Origin: Candidatus Falkowbacteria bacterium RIFOXYA2_FULL_47_19
GTDB lineage: Bacteria; Patescibacteriota; Patescibacteriia; Patescibacteriales; UBA12075
Direction: 5' to 3'
DNA length: 64,000 nucleotides
Assembly: GCA_001780275.1 (NCBI GenBank)
Contig: MFGB01000020.1
Span: 168,813-232,812 of the forward strand
Position numbers and translations under genes: made by a program. Of the stretch, positions 62,168-64,000 are shown piece after piece (the stretch's first letter is position 1; the number at the start of each line of letters is the position of its first letter). A model generated the notes under the pieces. That model worked only from the letters and a program-made list of their open reading frames with translations, searched no databases and was not told the DNA's origin.

Positions 62168-62301
62168 TAATCAAAAATCCCCAATTTTAAATATCAAATT
62201 ACCATAAACATTGATTTAATAATGTTTTTTATTTTGAATTTGATTTTTTAGAATTTATTTGGAATTTGGGATTTGGTGCTTGGAATTTTATCCACAAATA
62301 A

Positions 62302-64000
62302 ATGACTGACATAACCAACAAAAAACAACAAACCATCGAGCTTTTAAAAATACATTGGGGCTATGATTCTTTCCGTCCCGGGCAGGAACGGGTTATAGAT
62401 AATATTCTCGCCGGAAAATCCACCGTGGTCATAATGCCGACCGGCGGCGGAAAATCCTTATGTTTTCAATTGCCGGCTTTAGTGCTCTCCGGCGTTACTC
62501 TCGTTATTTCGCCCCTGATCGCTCTTATGAAAGACCAGGTGGACGGCCTCCATAGGCTGGGCATACCGGCGACTTTTATAAATTCGTCCATTAGCGCCGA
62601 CGAAACAGCCGAACGTCTGGCGGCCGTTAAAAGCGGTAATTTTAAACTTCTTTATATCGCTCCGGAAAGATTTTATAATCCGGAATTTGTAGCCGCTCTT
62701 AAGGATATGGAAGTAAGCCTTTTCGCCGTGGACGAAGCCCATTGCATCAGCCAATGGGGCCACGATTTCCGCCCGAGCTATATAAAATTACGGCAGGCGA
62801 TAGAAGCGGTCGGCAACCCGACGGTGGCCGCCTTGACGGCTACGGCCACGCCGGAAGTGCGGGAAGATATCGTCAAACAGCTTGATTTAAAATCGCCTGA
62901 GCTGGTCGTTACCGGTTTCTCCCGTCCCAATCTTCAATTCGGCGTAATACATGCCAGGGAATCGGAAAAGCCGCGCTTCATTTTAGACGCGATCGCGAGC
63001 GCTCCGGATGAGCACGGTATTATTTACACAAGCACCCGGGCGCGGGTAGATAATCTTACCCAAGTACTTTTAGAAAATAATATTGAAGCGGTCGGATACC
63101 ACGCCGGTCTTGATGCCGACGACCGGCGCTGGGTCCAGGGAAATTTTATGTCCGGCCAAGCCAAGGTTATCGTCGCCACCAACGCTTTCGGACTGGGAAT
63201 AGACAAGGCTAATATCCGGTATGTGATCCACTACGATATGCCGGGCACGATCGAGGCTTATTACCAGGAGGCCGGACGCGCCGGACGCGACGGCAAACCG
63301 AGTTTTTGTCTCCTGCTTTTTAATTCCCGCGACCGGCATCTGCATGAATTCTTCATTAAAGGCGATAATCCGCCGCCGGAATTGATCGCGGAAATCTATG
63401 AAACCCTCAAGGCTTACGAGTCTGACACTGTCCTTATCACGTACGCCGAGCTTGGCAAGCTTCTTACGGAAAACGTGCCGGAAATGGCGATCGGCACCTC
63501 TTTAAAACTTCTGGAAAAAGAGGGTTATATCGCCCGGACGCGCGAAAAAAGCGGCAACGCTTACTTAGCACTCCTTAAAAGCGCCGATACGATCCGGGAA
63601 ACTTTCGGCGCGCGGGCGAAAAAACAAAAAGAAATATTCGACGCGCTTTACGGTAAATACGGCCGGGAGATGGAAAACGGCTGGGATATAAACCTGGAGG
63701 AGGTGGCGGCGGTAATCGGCGCCGGCCGGGAGTCTTTAGCCCGTTTTATTCGCAAGCTTTCGGAGCAGGGCTTGGCTGAATACAAACCTCCTTTCCGGGG
63801 GACGGAAATAAAGATACTCAAACGGGTGGAAACGGATGAATTAAAAATCGATCGCGAGGCTCTGGCCCGCAAAATCAGACACGCCCACCAAAAACTTGAC
63901 CGTATGGAAGATTATGTTTATGACTTCGGCTGCCGCCAGAAGTACATTCTCGGTTATTTCGGCGACCCTGAAGCTAAAGCGTGCCGAAAGTGCGACACCT
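62302..64000 (+). CDS. recQ: ATP-dependent DNA helicase RecQ, 3' end outside window (absent from the ORF track)
   Basis: Translating from the ATG at 62302 gives [58 protein letters not shown]-like [24 protein letters not shown] and the C-terminal Zn region [11 protein letters not shown]...CRKCD. The frame stays open to base 64000. Confidence 0.93.
   Translation, partial: MTDITNKKQQTIELLKIHWGYDSFRPGQERVIDNILAGKSTVVIMPTGGGKSLCFQLPALVLSGVTLVISPLIALMKDQVDGLHRLGIPATFINSSISADETAERLAAVKSGNFKLLYIAPERFYNPEFVAALKDMEVSLFAVDEAHCISQWGHDFRPSYIKLRQAIEAVGNPTVAALTATATPEVREDIVKQLDLKSPELVVTGFSRPNLQFGVIHARESEKPRFILDAIASAPDEHGIIYTSTRARVDNLTQVLLENNIEAVGYHAGLDADDRRWVQGNFMSGQAKVIVATNAFGLGIDKANIRYVIHYDMPGTIEAYYQEAGRAGRDGKPSFCLLLFNSRDRHLHEFFIKGDNPPPELIAEIYETLKAYESDTVLITYAELGKLLTENVPEMAIGTSLKLLEKEGYIARTREKSGNAYLALLKSADTIRETFGARAKKQKEIFDALYGKYGREMENGWDINLEEVAAVIGAGRESLARFIRKLSEQGLAEYKPPFRGTEIKILKRVETDELKIDREALARKIRHAHQKLDRMEDYVYDFGCRQKYILGYFGDPEAKACRKCDT

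Noticed and set aside
1-64000. CRISPR arrays, tRNA/rRNA genes, transposases, integrases, prophage or toxin-antitoxin modules
   Set aside because: No regularly spaced direct repeats, no tRNA T-arm/acceptor patterns, no rRNA-like stretches and no recombinase motifs were seen on visual inspection. This absence is by eye only and should be confirmed with tRNAscan-SE, Infernal and CRISPR finders.

Overview
Gene-dense 64-kb chromosomal segment, read with the standard genetic code. I saw no rRNA, tRNA, CRISPR array, transposase or integrase, but this was a by-eye scan only. Housekeeping genes dominate: gyrA, ftsK, cca, smc, rpsP-KH-trmD, comM, recA, efp, rpsF-ssb-rpsR, ychF, prs, glyA, folD, and a recQ that runs off the 3' edge and is missing from the ORF track. 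Many of these carry charged low-complexity tails. The window also has two TrbC/VirB2-like mini-pilins, a giant ComEA-HhH/lamin-tail-domain surface protein, Cys-rich secreted proteins and little biosynthesis. Together this suggests a Patescibacteria/CPR-like (Parcubacteria-type) bacterium, which is inference only. Most interesting items: (1) a stand-alone ~290-nt C/A-rich RNA gene at 54285-54610 (minus strand) with its own near-consensus promoter and terminator, closed by a perfect 12+12-bp terminal helix. (2) A lat - aldehyde:ferredoxin oxidoreductase - 2x ThiS/MoaD-like operon (50069-54272), where a tungstopterin-type AOR sits where the NAD-dependent dehydrogenase of the known lysine pathway would be. 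(3) Tandem YfbR-type HD phosphohydrolase paralogs with a shared novel C-terminal module, one with a degraded catalytic signature. (4) A short SMC with no recognisable hinge. (5) Several compact promoter-to-terminator units (a 27-aa hydrophobic peptide; a 57-aa basic ORF or sRNA) and structured leaders. All calls rest on motif recognition by eye; no database search was run.
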